From: an uncultured Methanosarcinales archaeon
Lineage (GTDB): Archaea > Nanobdellota > Nanobdellia > Woesearchaeales > GW2011-AR4
Direction: 5' to 3'
Length of the DNA stretch: 64,000 nt
Assembly (NCBI GenBank): GCA_964585935.1
Contig: CAZPFO010000002.1
Coordinates: forward strand, 7,465-71,464
Shown: piece by piece, positions 1 to 9,455 of the stretch
Layout: each line of letters starts with the position of its first letter
How positions within the stretch are numbered: position 1 is the stretch's first letter
Position numbers and translations under genes: made by a program
The notes under the pieces: model-generated
The model's input: only the letters and a program-made list of their open reading frames with translations
Databases searched by the model: none
What the model was told of the DNA's origin: nothing

Positions 1-486
1 AATTTCGTAAAGGCCCTTATCATCATCTAAATGACCATCCTTTTTAATCCTGCTTTCATCATACAATTGAGGGTTTCTTTTGACTATCATTGGTTCTGCA
101 TACTGATTCTTGTTTTTTGGTTTTATTAACATATCATTAAAAAATAAAAATTTTCTTTTGAAAATTCCTGCTTCCATCAGGCAAATCTCAAGGGCATTCA
201 ACCCCTCGAATATCTCAGGGGGCGTTTCTCTTGAATTTTCAATACCTCCAAACATAGTTGTAAGAAGGAGATTATCATCTTTTAGATCTTCTTCCTTTTG
301 CCAATTTTGTTTTAAGTGCCTGTTATATTGCGGTAAATGTTCGAGAAGATAAGGAATCTCTATTCCAAAATTCTTTTTATGGTAGATTACAACTTTATCT
401 AAACTAGCAGATTTACTATCTTGAGTATTTGCTTGTTCAGTAAATAGACCTAACTGCTTATTAGAGATTTTTTTAGATTTTCTCAT
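1..486 (-). CDS. hypothetical protein, partial (runs off window start)
   Basis: ATG at 486 opens a stop-free frame to position 1 (MRKSKKISNKQLGLF...); absent from the ORF track because it lacks a stop. Confidence 0.7.
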   Translation of the reverse strand, partial: MRKSKKISNKQLGLFTEQANTQDSKSASLDKVVIYHKKNFGIEIPYLLEHLPQYNRHLKQNWQKEEDLKDDNLLLTTMFGGIENSRETPPEIFEGLNALEICLMEAGIFKRKFLFFNDMLIKPKNKNQYAEPMIVKRNPQLYDESRIKKDGHLDDDKGLYEI

Positions 487-553
487 GAAAAGGAAGATAG
501 AATTGTTTCTTTTTAAATCTTTCTATTTTTAACCATCGAAAAGTAACAACAAA

Positions 554-934
554 TTAAGAAATCAAAACTGCATTTACAGTCCCGTCCTGGCCTGGCCTTG
601 AAGTGATCTTAGCTTTGCCTTTTTCAGTGTCAACAATACAGCCTTTTGTTATTATGTTACGCCTTACAAAGTGCCTGTTAGCAGGATTCTCCAGTATTGT
701 CTTTATCTTCACCTGCTCGTGTTTTTTTGTTTGAGGATTAAGCAGATTCGCTGTCTCTGCGCTTAAAAGCCTTATCTTGCTGTTGCCGCCCATGGTTCTT
801 ATTTTTGTGGATTTCTTCTTGTCCACTTTTGTTAGGGATGGCAGCCCGCCTAATTCGTGCTTTTTCTTCTTCCTGTAGTCTTTATACAAAGCACCTGTCT
901 GTTTTCTCCTTGACCTTGCCTGTGAAATTGCCAT
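554..934 (-). CDS. rps8e: 30S ribosomal protein S8e
   Basis: RSRRKQTGA...IRTMGGN...NPANRHFVRRNIITKG...TSRPGQDG motifs. Confidence 0.98.
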   Translation of the reverse strand: MAISQARSRRKQTGALYKDYRKKKKHELGGLPSLTKVDKKKSTKIRTMGGNSKIRLLSAETANLLNPQTKKHEQVKIKTILENPANRHFVRRNIITKGCIVDTEKGKAKITSRPGQDGTVNAVLIS

Positions 935-1063
935 ATTGAGTGAGAACTATGGGGGATTTATATAGGTTTCTAATTTTTTGGGTTTTCAATAATAATTTTA
1001 GCAACATTTATATATAGGATGGTTATCCTTCAATATGTTTAAATTTTTTTGAGGGGTGCTAAA

Positions 1064-1288
1064 ATGGAAACTTCTAGACCGTTAGATGCCTTGAACAAAG
1101 CAAGAGGCAAAAGAGTAATAGTTGACTTAAAAAACGACAGGCAGTACATAGGCAAGTTGAATGCATTTGACATCCACATCAATGTTGTGCTGGATGATGC
1201 AGAAGAAAGGGAGAATGGAGAAATAAAGAAAAAACTTGGCACTGTCTTTATAAGAGGAGACACAATAACAGTAATCTCACCCGAGTAA
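1064..1288 (+). CDS. Sm-like archaeal protein (SmAP/Lsm)
   Basis: RPLDAL...[14 protein letters not shown]...FIRGD Sm1/Sm2 motifs; GAGGGG SD before ATG 1064; adjacent to L37e as is typical in archaea. Confidence 0.96.
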   Translation: METSRPLDALNKARGKRVIVDLKNDRQYIGKLNAFDIHINVVLDDAEERENGEIKKKLGTVFIRGDTITVISPE

Positions 1289-1298
1289 GAATTCTAAA

Positions 1299-1463
1299 AT
1301 GTCAAAAGGAACTGCATCAATGGGCAAGAAGTCTGGAAAGTTGAATATGACACATTGCAGAAGGTGCGGTAAAAGGACATACCATATGAGGAAAAAGAAG
1401 TGCAGCTCATGCGGTTATGGCAAAAGCTCCAGATTAAGAAGCTATAAGTGGCAGAAGAAGTAG
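1299..1463 (+). CDS. rpl37e: 50S ribosomal protein L37e (54 aa; below ORF-track cutoff)
   Basis: Hand translation [11 protein letters not shown]...[23 protein letters not shown]...YKWQKK. Confidence 0.97.
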   Translation: MSKGTASMGKKSGKLNMTHCRRCGKRTYHMRKKKCSSCGYGKSSRLRSYKWQKK

Positions 1464-1684
1464 AGTAATATTTTATATCTTTTAAACATTATTTTCTTGT
1501 GAGTTCTTCATATACATCAGAATTCAATATTATCCATTCACTATATAGGTATATTAACAAGAAGTATGAGAAAGAATTTTTTTAGGACCAGGATAAGTAG
1601 GAAAGAAATTATAGCTAAAAATACAAAAAAATTATATACTTATTAGTATTACATAGTGGTTATAGTTAAGTTGGGGGTTTGGAT

Positions 1685-2029
1685 ATGGTAGAACATAAAT
1701 TGATATGTGCTTTTGCTGAAACTACAATTTCCCATGAGAAACAATTTGAACTGATTGATTTATTAGTCAATAATACTTCTACGCCTAAAGAATTACACAT
1801 GGTTATTATAGAGGCAATAGTTATGGGAAATTTTCTAGGAGCATCACATAAGGAACGTATAGATGTTTATCCTACAGAAAGTGCGCCTCATGTAAGTATA
1901 AAAACAAATGGCGGATATCATAAAGACTATGCAGTTCTTGAAACAAAACATTATGATTTTTATATCTACAGGAATCCTAAGAAGGGATTATCAATAGAAT
2001 TCTATTATTACAAAAAAATAAACAGTTAA
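1685..2029 (+). CDS. hypothetical protein
   Basis: Open frame with GGGGG SD-like run; no recognisable motif. Confidence 0.55.
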   Translation: MVEHKLICAFAETTISHEKQFELIDLLVNNTSTPKELHMVIIEAIVMGNFLGASHKERIDVYPTESAPHVSIKTNGGYHKDYAVLETKHYDFYIYRNPKKGLSIEFYYYKKINS

Positions 2030-2063
2030 ATTTTTAAACATCTGCTTATACTCTGAATAATAC

Positions 2064-2206
2064 GCGGGGATGCCGGAGTGGTCAAATTGCTTTAAGCAAG
2101 ACCAGACGGGACAGGCTTAGGCATTTTATGGTGTTCTTTGTGCGATGAAATGAAGACACCTGTTAGCTTAGTGCTTACGTGGGTTCGAATCCTACTCCCC
2201 GCACCA
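2064..2206 (+). tRNA. tRNA-Leu(UAG) with two introns (2086-2105 at ~21/22; 2122-2157 at 37/38), CCA encoded
   Basis: Acceptor GCGGGGA/TCCCCGC+ACCA, anticodon arm ACAGG-CTTAGGA-CCTGT after splicing, long variable arm, GTGGG-TTCGAAT-CCTAC; spliced length 87 nt. Confidence 0.93.
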
Positions 2207-2272
2207 TTTTTACTTCTATTCAGTACGGGTATTTTAGAAAACAATAAAAACAGCACCTGATTTCTTAACAAT

Positions 2273-2788
2273 ATGTCAAAGAGATTAGACTTTTATGTGG
2301 GTAGGGACTTTACTGGAGACCCGCAAATTATTAAATCAGTTAAGCCCGGGGAAGTTAATGAGATAAAAAATGGAATACAAACACTTATTTTAAGATATCC
2401 TGAAGGGGTAGATAAGATTCATGCCGGAATAAATGGGATGATCCATTATTGTGGTGCTGTTCGTCGAGAGGCACAAGTTCTTTTTTATGGAACTCCCTTC
2501 GGAAAATTTAATTTCGATAGAAATTATATAGATACATCATGTACATTAACTCCAGAAGCCGAACCTGATAGATTTGGGGGAACAGAAAGTTCAAATTATA
2601 GAGAACTTTCTGAGATTTTAGAAAATGCAAATATCATAGTATTCATTACACAAATTGGCCAAAATCCTGAAATATTTACTCAATTATTCAGTCAAATTAC
2701 AGATTATATTGCAAAATTTAAAACTGCTGTTGATTTAAAGTATGATCGAAGACAAAATATAGTATCTCTACCAATTACTGAACATTGA
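2273..2788 (+). CDS. hypothetical protein
   Basis: 171-aa ORF; no motif recognised. Confidence 0.65.
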   Translation: MSKRLDFYVGRDFTGDPQIIKSVKPGEVNEIKNGIQTLILRYPEGVDKIHAGINGMIHYCGAVRREAQVLFYGTPFGKFNFDRNYIDTSCTLTPEAEPDRFGGTESSNYRELSEILENANIIVFITQIGQNPEIFTQLFSQITDYIAKFKTAVDLKYDRRQNIVSLPITEH

Positions 2789-2907
2789 TAGGTTAATCCT
2801 TTGAAATCACATAAAGGCCTAATTCTTACTTATCCTTCTTATTTTTATTTCTGCTCAGTAGAAAATACAACAAAACTTTTATAAAGTTCTGACTATTCCT
2901 TTTTTAT

Positions 2908-3399
2908 ATGGAACCTTCTTATAAAAACCCACCCAGAAACCTTCCTTATATTCTGATTCATGATACAGTTGCTAATGTTAATAATTTTAATATAGCTAAA
3001 GTTTCAACTGCTTTATTTGAAGGTATTGATATTCATGCTTTAGATATAAACAGAACTGTCAATCTTTTAAGCTCAGAAAGACCCATCACAACAATATTTG
3101 GGGTCAGAGTTCCTGATGTTTATGTGGTAGGGCAGAGCTGGAGCAAAACTACATATAAGCCAGAATCTGCCATAGAAGATATCGGATGGATAAAAGAAAA
3201 CCATCCAAAAACTAAGATTATTGCATGGCAGAGGGAAAAAGATTTATTCTTGAAATCAGGTGCAGACAAATTTGTAGAATATAATCTTACTGGAGATGAA
3301 GATGCTTTAATCGAGGCAATTAGAGGATGTATTAAGGATACTAGCTTTGGAGATGAAGGTACTTTAATCGAGGTAATTGGAAAATATGCTAGGCTATAA
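2908..3399 (+). CDS. hypothetical protein, possible degenerate receiver (REC)-like fold
   Basis: IKENHPKTKIIAW...FLKSGADKFV resembles the C-terminal half of REC domains; TATA box upstream. Confidence 0.55.
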   Translation: MEPSYKNPPRNLPYILIHDTVANVNNFNIAKVSTALFEGIDIHALDINRTVNLLSSERPITTIFGVRVPDVYVVGQSWSKTTYKPESAIEDIGWIKENHPKTKIIAWQREKDLFLKSGADKFVEYNLTGDEDALIEAIRGCIKDTSFGDEGTLIEVIGKYARL

Positions 3400-3574
3400 G
3401 AGAATTAGCTAAATACAATATCAAATATTGTTTAAAATGAATACTCAATTTATACCTTACCTTATTGGTCTTTTGTTATTGCTTCTTCTTTTATTGCTGT
3501 TTGTTATGAAATATATTTTTAATTTCTTCTGATAAAGTAAAGTTTTTAAATATGGAACATATAATTCTAATAAA

Positions 3575-3931
3575 ATGATAGAATGGGTTGTTTTGATAAT
3601 ACTTATTGTTTTTATAGCTTATCTTCTATTTACTTTAACAACTTACATAGCTCTTGGCGTGAATATTGTTTTGCTGATAGTTCTTGCTATACTGCTCAAG
3701 GGAGACTTAAGGAGAAAGGAAATGACCAGGCATTACCTGATTGCCTTGTTATTGACAGCAATAGTCTTTATTTTCAGCCAATATGGCATCTTTTACACTT
3801 TGCTCAGGATTATGTCAAACAATCTTCTATTGTCTGTTGTTACAGAAGCATTTTTAATGCTTTATGTTTTTGCAAACCTTAGTTTTCTTATTACTAATTC
3901 TGCCAAAGATATTCGCAAAAAGTATAAGTAA
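3575..3931 (+). CDS. hypothetical membrane protein
   Basis: About four hydrophobic segments; TTTTTAAAT box upstream. Confidence 0.75.
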   Translation: MIEWVVLIILIVFIAYLLFTLTTYIALGVNIVLLIVLAILLKGDLRRKEMTRHYLIALLLTAIVFIFSQYGIFYTLLRIMSNNLLLSVVTEAFLMLYVFANLSFLITNSAKDIRKKYK

Positions 3932-4085
3932 TTTTAGCCGGATTTCCAGTCGAAAGCTTTACAAAAAATATATTAGTATACCTTTTTCCTCGACAAAAAC
4001 ACAAAGCTTTTTATACCACCATTCCCATAAGAAAGTTACGTGGGGGTGGATATTTAACCACCATTTTTCTTTATTTTTATTGCAA

Positions 4086-4253
4086 ATGAAACTTAAAATA
4101 CTGGGTTTGGCGTTAGTTGCGGTTATAGTCTCAAACTTAATATTGTATATATTGAAAATAATAAACGGGATAGTATTCTGGAGTGTTCTTATTATTGTTG
4201 CAATAATAGCCTATAAGGTTTTGCCTTACCTTAAAAAGAAAAAAGAAAAATAG
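4086..4253 (+). CDS. small membrane protein
   Basis: MKLKILGLALVAV... two hydrophobic segments and a basic tail; real start likely ATG 4086 inside track ORF 3864..4253. Confidence 0.7.
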   Translation: MKLKILGLALVAVIVSNLILYILKIINGIVFWSVLIIVAIIAYKVLPYLKKKKEK

Positions 4254-4260
4254 AGGAAAA

Positions 4261-4407
4261 TTAAGCTTTTCCCAGTATTCTGAAGACTTTTGTGCCGCAT
4301 TTACCGCAAACACCCTTCATTGCCTTCATTCCGTTCTTCATAACTACCTCTTTTCCGTCTTTTATTTCAACCTGTTTTTTGCATTTCATACATCTTCCTT
4401 CTACCAT
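4261..4407 (-). CDS. small Zn-ribbon protein, DUF5679-like (48 aa)
   Basis: Hand translation MVEGRCMKCKKQVEIKDGKEVVMKNGMKAMKGVCGKCGTKVFRILGKA; GAGGTGA SD. Confidence 0.85.
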   Translation of the reverse strand: MVEGRCMKCKKQVEIKDGKEVVMKNGMKAMKGVCGKCGTKVFRILGKA

Positions 4408-4588
4408 TGAAATTCACCTCGAAGTTTGAATATAAGGGTATTCCACCCTAATTTTAGTATGATTTTACCTATAAAGTATATAAATGTTTGGGTAGAGCCG
4501 GGTTTTATCGATTATTTTTGTTTAATTGTTAAGTTATGGTATTCTTAGAAAACAACCATTAAGTTGGTTTTTATTTAAAACTTGACTA

Positions 4589-5248
4589 TTAAATAATCTT
4601 CAAAATCTCCCTTATATCCTTTATAGTGTAGTCTGCTTTTGCTTTTCCAGCAGGATTGCCGTATTTGGCAAAACAAGTCTTAATTCCTGCTTTTTTTGCC
4701 CCTTCTATGTCCCTTTCAGGCCTGTCCCCCACCATGAGGCATTCTTCCGGCTTGATTTTCAGCTTATTGAGCATTATCTTAAATGGCTGCTTATGGGGCT
4801 TTAGCTTTTTAGAGTCTTCTAAGGCAACAACAACATCAAAGAAGTTGCTAAGCTTCATTGACGCTAACCTTAACCATGCCTTGAGTTTTGGAGCGTCTGT
4901 CAATATTCCCAGTTTTATGCCTTTATCTTTTAACTTTAACAGTACATAATCTGTTCCGGGGTAAGCTTCAAGAAGGCCCGCTCTTACTCTTCTATATGCC
5001 ACTATTCCGCTGGCCAGTATCCTATAGTTGATTTTGCCTTCAACTTCCTTCAGGAATTTCTGGAAGATTTTGTTTTCTTCAAGGGTGTACTTGTTGTAAA
5101 GCTCAAAAAGGATCTTCAATGCCTTTTTTCTTTCTATTTTCAGGCCAGAGCCTATCATTGCGTTTATAGCTGCGTCACAGCTGATCATCTTCATTCTCAT
5201 GAAGTCCACTAAGGTGTTGTCTAAATCGAATATAACTGCTTTTATCAT
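4589..5248 (-). CDS. HAD-superfamily hydrolase
   Basis: IFDLDNTL, KP and MVGD...DIEGA motifs. Confidence 0.93.
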   Translation of the reverse strand: MIKAVIFDLDNTLVDFMRMKMISCDAAINAMIGSGLKIERKKALKILFELYNKYTLEENKIFQKFLKEVEGKINYRILASGIVAYRRVRAGLLEAYPGTDYVLLKLKDKGIKLGILTDAPKLKAWLRLASMKLSNFFDVVVALEDSKKLKPHKQPFKIMLNKLKIKPEECLMVGDRPERDIEGAKKAGIKTCFAKYGNPAGKAKADYTIKDIREILKII

Positions 5249-5453
5249 AGAAAGGGGTATAGGCTGTTTGTTTATATATTTTTTCAATCAAAAACAAACA
5301 ATTCCTCAATCGTTGTCTTTAATGCTTTTGCAACATCATGAGCTAACTGCAAAGAAAACAATATTGATTTTTTACTTAATGCCTTTTGATCCTTCCTAAA
5401 AAACATCGAAAATTATATATACCCCTTATTGAATAATAGAATAAAAGAGGTAA

Positions 5454-5735
5454 ATGCTGATGGCAACTGTTGCATGGGCGATTTTTTCTGCACTTATGTT
5501 TATTTCATTCATATTGATAATATTGATGCAGTATAAAAAAAAGATTGTTAAGAAGCATAATAAGGATCTGTTCTTTTTGCTGACACTTGTATTATTTCTT
5601 TTTACATTATACAGTATTATGAATCTTATAATTGGTTGGGAGTTCGCAATTTTGATAAAGGAAACGTCCGAGACATTAGCTTATATCATTTTCATAATAT
5701 ATGGAATTAACCTTCTCGAAGGAGGGAAAAAATGA
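5454..5735 (+). CDS. small membrane protein
   Basis: Three hydrophobic segments; GAGGT SD. Confidence 0.7.
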   Translation: MLMATVAWAIFSALMFISFILIILMQYKKKIVKKHNKDLFFLLTLVLFLFTLYSIMNLIIGWEFAILIKETSETLAYIIFIIYGINLLEGGKK

Positions 5736-6007
5736 TTACTGAAATTACAAACCCCATTCAGATAGTACTTGGTGTAACTGCGCTAATAATCCTGATATTG
5801 AAAATTAACAAAGATAAAACCTGGAATGTCTTAAAAGGTGATTTTCATGCTAAGATGTTTATAGTGCTTTTTTTGATGGTTGCGGCAGAGTCGCTTGAGC
5901 ACTCATCTGAACTAATTAAGGCTGTCATTGAGCCATATGTTTCCCGGGTTTATGTTCTTGCCAGTGGTTTTTTACTGTTTTTGCTATTTTCAGAATACAA
6001 GAAATAG
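5732..6007 (+). CDS. small membrane protein
   Basis: Three hydrophobic segments; ATGA overlap with previous gene. Confidence 0.7.
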   Translation: MITEITNPIQIVLGVTALIILILKINKDKTWNVLKGDFHAKMFIVLFLMVAAESLEHSSELIKAVIEPYVSRVYVLASGFLLFLLFSEYKK

Positions 6008-6065
6008 TTTGATCTGATATATCAGCCTGTAAATTCTTCTAAAGGGGAAATGGCCATGATTATCT

Positions 6066-6842
6066 TTACGCCGGACACTCTGCTGTTATCTCTGCCTGCT
6101 CTTTAGAGCTTATCTTTTCACTATTAACAGTGTTATTCAAGAGTATTTCATAATCCTTTGCCCCTGCGGAATTTTTTGCATATGCAAAAATTGACATTTT
6201 TTTCTTCGGCGCTTCTTTTAGTTTTGAATTTGCCCTGATCGGGTCTGTCACTTTTTCATAGAACTCATTCTGGATATCATTCAAAATTGATTTTGATATT
6301 TTTAACCTCTTATCAAAGAAGGTTGGAATAATTTTTATAGTTTTTTTACTGTCAATCTTTGAAATTAAATCAATGGTTTTTTTCAGGCCTTTTTGGCCCA
6401 ATACGTCTGTTGAGACTGGAATGTACACTTCATCAGAATAAAACAATGCATTTTTTGTCATAATTCCGAAATGAGGCGGGCAGTCAAAAATTACATAATC
6501 ATACCCCTTACTCTTTTCCATTTTTATGCTTATAACATTATATTTATTTACCTTGTTTGCAAATTCAGAGTCAATCTCATTTAAAGATTCGCTGCTTGCC
6601 ACCAGATCAAGGCCCTTTCCCATGTGGGTTATGCACTCTGCAAGCTCTGCGCCATTAGCCATAAAATGGTACATATTTTTACTTATATCCTCTGCTTCAA
6701 GGCAATTACTGATGCTTGCCTGAGCATCCATATCCATCAAAAGAACTTTCTTTCCTTTCCTTGCAAGGCCTGCTGCAAGGTTAACTGATGTTGTTGTTTT
6801 TCCTACACCGCCTTTTATATTGAATATACATATTTTTCTCAT
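6066..6842 (-). CDS. ParA/Soj family ATPase
   Basis: Deviant Walker A KGGVGKTT, DMDAQ, YDYVIFDCPP. Confidence 0.93.
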   Translation of the reverse strand: MRKICIFNIKGGVGKTTTSVNLAAGLARKGKKVLLMDMDAQASISNCLEAEDISKNMYHFMANGAELAECITHMGKGLDLVASSESLNEIDSEFANKVNKYNVISIKMEKSKGYDYVIFDCPPHFGIMTKNALFYSDEVYIPVSTDVLGQKGLKKTIDLISKIDSKKTIKIIPTFFDKRLKISKSILNDIQNEFYEKVTDPIRANSKLKEAPKKKMSIFAYAKNSAGAKDYEILLNNTVNSEKISSKEQAEITAECPA

Positions 6843-6938
6843 ATTTTACACCCCTTACAGTTTTATTAATGTAGTGAAATGTATACTGGTATATAAATGT
6901 TACTGTTTTGGAATTTCATAACCGAAGCATTTATATAT

Positions 6939-6960
6939 TATTACGTATTTTTACGTAATA
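6939..6960. promoter_or_regulatory. 22-bp inverted repeat TATTACGTA-TTTT-TACGTAATA, putative operator
   Basis: Perfect 9-bp arms between the TTTATATA box (~6930) and ATG 6960. Confidence 0.6.
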
Positions 6961-7760
6961 TGGAAGAATTAATAAGCAAAATAAGCAAAGGAAGCAGGAT
7001 GGACCAGATTTACATTCCAAAGAAAAGGTCAGATTTTCCTATAGGCAGCTATGTGCTTGTAAAGCAGCTGGAAACAGAACCAAAAAAAGAGTTTAAGCCT
7101 TTCTTCTATAACATCAGATATTTAGAGCCTATAAAGGTAGGGATAATAAAAGAGATTTTTAAGAGTACAGCTAATGCAGACAATATTATCATAACAGGGT
7201 CTTTTTTGGACAAAGGATTTAAATTTAATGATATAGACATCATAATGGTCACTGAAAAAAAACAGGATATAGCGCATATAAAGGAAGCGTTAGAGAGGAA
7301 GACTGGCGCAAGAATACACTTCATTAAAATAACTTCCAAGGCATTGGTCAAGGGATTTTCTATAGATCCATTATACAGGGTTATGCTAAACAGGTGTGTA
7401 TCGAAAAGAAGGGTTATATGCAAGCCAAAAAATGAAATAGATTATAAATTGCTTGATTTGCACCTTTTAAAAAGCAAAACATTGATTGATAATTATGATG
7501 TATTAACGGGGGATCAAAAATATGAGATGGTCAGGAACCTGATAGCAATAAATCGGTTTATCAATAAAAAAGAGGTGTCCAAGACAGGCATTGATTCTGC
7601 TATTGATAATGCCTTTGGGCATGATGCAGTAGAAAGATTAAAGAGCAATACATTATCAAAAGGGGGTTTTCTAGAGAAATATAAAAAAATTTATAATATT
7701 GCCAGAAATAATATTTTAGAAGGCATAAAAAATGAGTCAAAACAGAAACAAGTTAATTGA
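6960..7760 (+). CDS. Pol-beta-like nucleotidyltransferase domain protein with possible N-terminal AbrB-like domain
   Basis: IIITGSF...NDIDII motif; N-terminal SKGSRMDQIYIPK. Confidence 0.75.
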   Translation: MEELISKISKGSRMDQIYIPKKRSDFPIGSYVLVKQLETEPKKEFKPFFYNIRYLEPIKVGIIKEIFKSTANADNIIITGSFLDKGFKFNDIDIIMVTEKKQDIAHIKEALERKTGARIHFIKITSKALVKGFSIDPLYRVMLNRCVSKRRVICKPKNEIDYKLLDLHLLKSKTLIDNYDVLTGDQKYEMVRNLIAINRFINKKEVSKTGIDSAIDNAFGHDAVERLKSNTLSKGGFLEKYKKIYNIARNNILEGIKNESKQKQVN

Positions 7761-8070
7761 ATTATTTATAGGCAATATGTCAAATTCAGCAGTTCATGAG
7801 ATACTTGAAAAAGCAATCAAAGAAGAAAATATCAGGAATCATTACAATAAAGAATTATCAATTAGCCTTGATATTGCAAAGAAGTACAGGAAAAAAATTA
7901 ATCCGGTGAATACGCCTCTTCCTGATAAAGATATTTGCTATATAAAGCAAAAGATAATCAGAAATGTTATGGCTGAACTAAAACTAAGGGTGTCTAAAGG
8001 TTATCAAAACATTGATCTTGGATTAATAGATTCCACTGTTGATAAGCTATTGAGAAAGACCGGTATATGA
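7732..8070 (+). CDS. hypothetical helical protein coupled to the nucleotidyltransferase gene
   Basis: 112-aa ORF overlapping the upstream stop. Confidence 0.75.
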   Translation: MSQNRNKLIELFIGNMSNSAVHEILEKAIKEENIRNHYNKELSISLDIAKKYRKKINPVNTPLPDKDICYIKQKIIRNVMAELKLRVSKGYQNIDLGLIDSTVDKLLRKTGI

Positions 8071-8137
8071 TCAATGGGGATTGAATTCTATTCAAAAATA
8101 GGTTAACTTTATATTAAATCGATAATAATTATTTTCT

Positions 8138-8815
8138 ATGCACCGCGTACAAAAATTATTAAGCAATTTCGGCTATTGCTCAAGGAGAAAAGCAGAAGAG
8201 TTGATAAAGGAAGGAAGGGTTAAAGTAAATGGCGAGGTTATTTCTATCGGGGACAAGGCAGAAGAAAGTGACAAGATTTCAGTTGACGGTAAATTAATCC
8301 AGAGGCAGAATAAAGTATATTTAATGTTTAACAAGCCTGTTGGCTGTGTTACTGCCCTTTCTGATGCAAGATACAAGACTGTTATGGATTATATTGATGT
8401 CAAGGAAAGGGTTTTTCCGATTGGAAGGCTTGATTATAATACTTCTGGCTTATTGCTGCTTACAAATGACGGTGACTTTGCAAATAAAGTCATGCACCCC
8501 AGATACGAAATAAAAAAGACTTACCTGGTTAAACTGAGCAAGGATATATCTGCTAACCAGATCAAGATTATTGAGAAAGGGGTAAAGCTTGATGATGGAA
8601 AAACATCTCCTGCAAAAGTAAGAAAACTTGGCGGGAATGTCCTTGAAATAATAATCCATGAAGGGCGGAATCGGATAATCAGAAGAGTCTTTGAAGAGCT
8701 GGATATCGGTGTTGTTTTTCTGGAAAGAATAAGGATAGGAAATTTAGAACTTGGAAATTTAAAAAAAGGGGAGTATAAGGTGTTAGGGAAAAATATTGAC
8801 AAGGTGTTTAATTAG
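8138..8815 (+). CDS. RsuA/RluB-family pseudouridine synthase with S4 domain
   Basis: SRRKAEELI S4 motif, FNKPVG, IGRLD catalytic motif, HEGRNR. Confidence 0.95.
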   Translation: MHRVQKLLSNFGYCSRRKAEELIKEGRVKVNGEVISIGDKAEESDKISVDGKLIQRQNKVYLMFNKPVGCVTALSDARYKTVMDYIDVKERVFPIGRLDYNTSGLLLLTNDGDFANKVMHPRYEIKKTYLVKLSKDISANQIKIIEKGVKLDDGKTSPAKVRKLGGNVLEIIIHEGRNRIIRRVFEELDIGVVFLERIRIGNLELGNLKKGEYKVLGKNIDKVFN

Positions 8816-9455
8816 AAGCTCTTTTTTTAAAAAATCTTTTGGTCCCCAAAACCGCTGCACCACTTATAAAGAGTATTGCACTTAGTGGTTCAGGGACAAT
8901 TGGTGGTTCGGGTTCTTGACAGCCTGTACATTTGTCTACAGGGGGAGAATATTCTTCTATTTGTCTTGAAGGCCCATGCCAATAACCAGGGAAGCCAGAA
9001 CCTATAAAATGGTGAACATACCTAACTCGGTTTTTACCAGACCACTTCGTAGCACCTTGATAAATGGCAGTTTGTGGTGTACTTTCTTTTGTTTCTTCCT
9101 TATCAGCTTTCTTAGTAATCATTTCTTTAGGTTTATAAGGTATTGGTGGCTGCTCTACATCATGTTCAAGCCCTTTAGTCGGTTCTTGCTCATCCTCCCT
9201 AAAAACAGCCTTATTTGAGATTTCTTCAGCTTTTTTTTCCAAAGGACTTGTGGGGACTTGCTTTGGTTTTTCTTTCTTGTCCTTTTTATACGGCAAACTG
9301 ATACTGGATTTGGCATAATGATCTAATCTGATATAATCATTTTTTGAAGTTGGGTATGCTATTAGAGTTATGAAAAGAAAAGCAGAAGTAGCAACAATAA
9401 GTTTCCCATAGTTTGAGGTTGGTTTATAAATCATATCAGATATTGACATATGCAT
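8808..9455 (-). CDS. exported protein with PEP-CTERM-like sorting signal
   Basis: N-terminal hydrophobic helix; C-terminus VPEP + hydrophobic helix + KRFFKKR. Confidence 0.75.
   Translation of the reverse strand: MHMSISDMIYKPTSNYGKLIVATSAFLFITLIAYPTSKNDYIRLDHYAKSSISLPYKKDKKEKPKQVPTSPLEKKAEEISNKAVFREDEQEPTKGLEHDVEQPPIPYKPKEMITKKADKEETKESTPQTAIYQGATKWSGKNRVRYVHHFIGSGFPGYWHGPSRQIEEYSPPVDKCTGCQEPEPPIVPEPLSAILFISGAAVLGTKRFFKKRASN

Noticed and set aside
6066-6842. ParA as partner of the ATCAAT arrays (centromere idea)
   Set aside because: No ParB/SegB-like neighbour, and the arrays follow transcription direction, which favours an RNA role.
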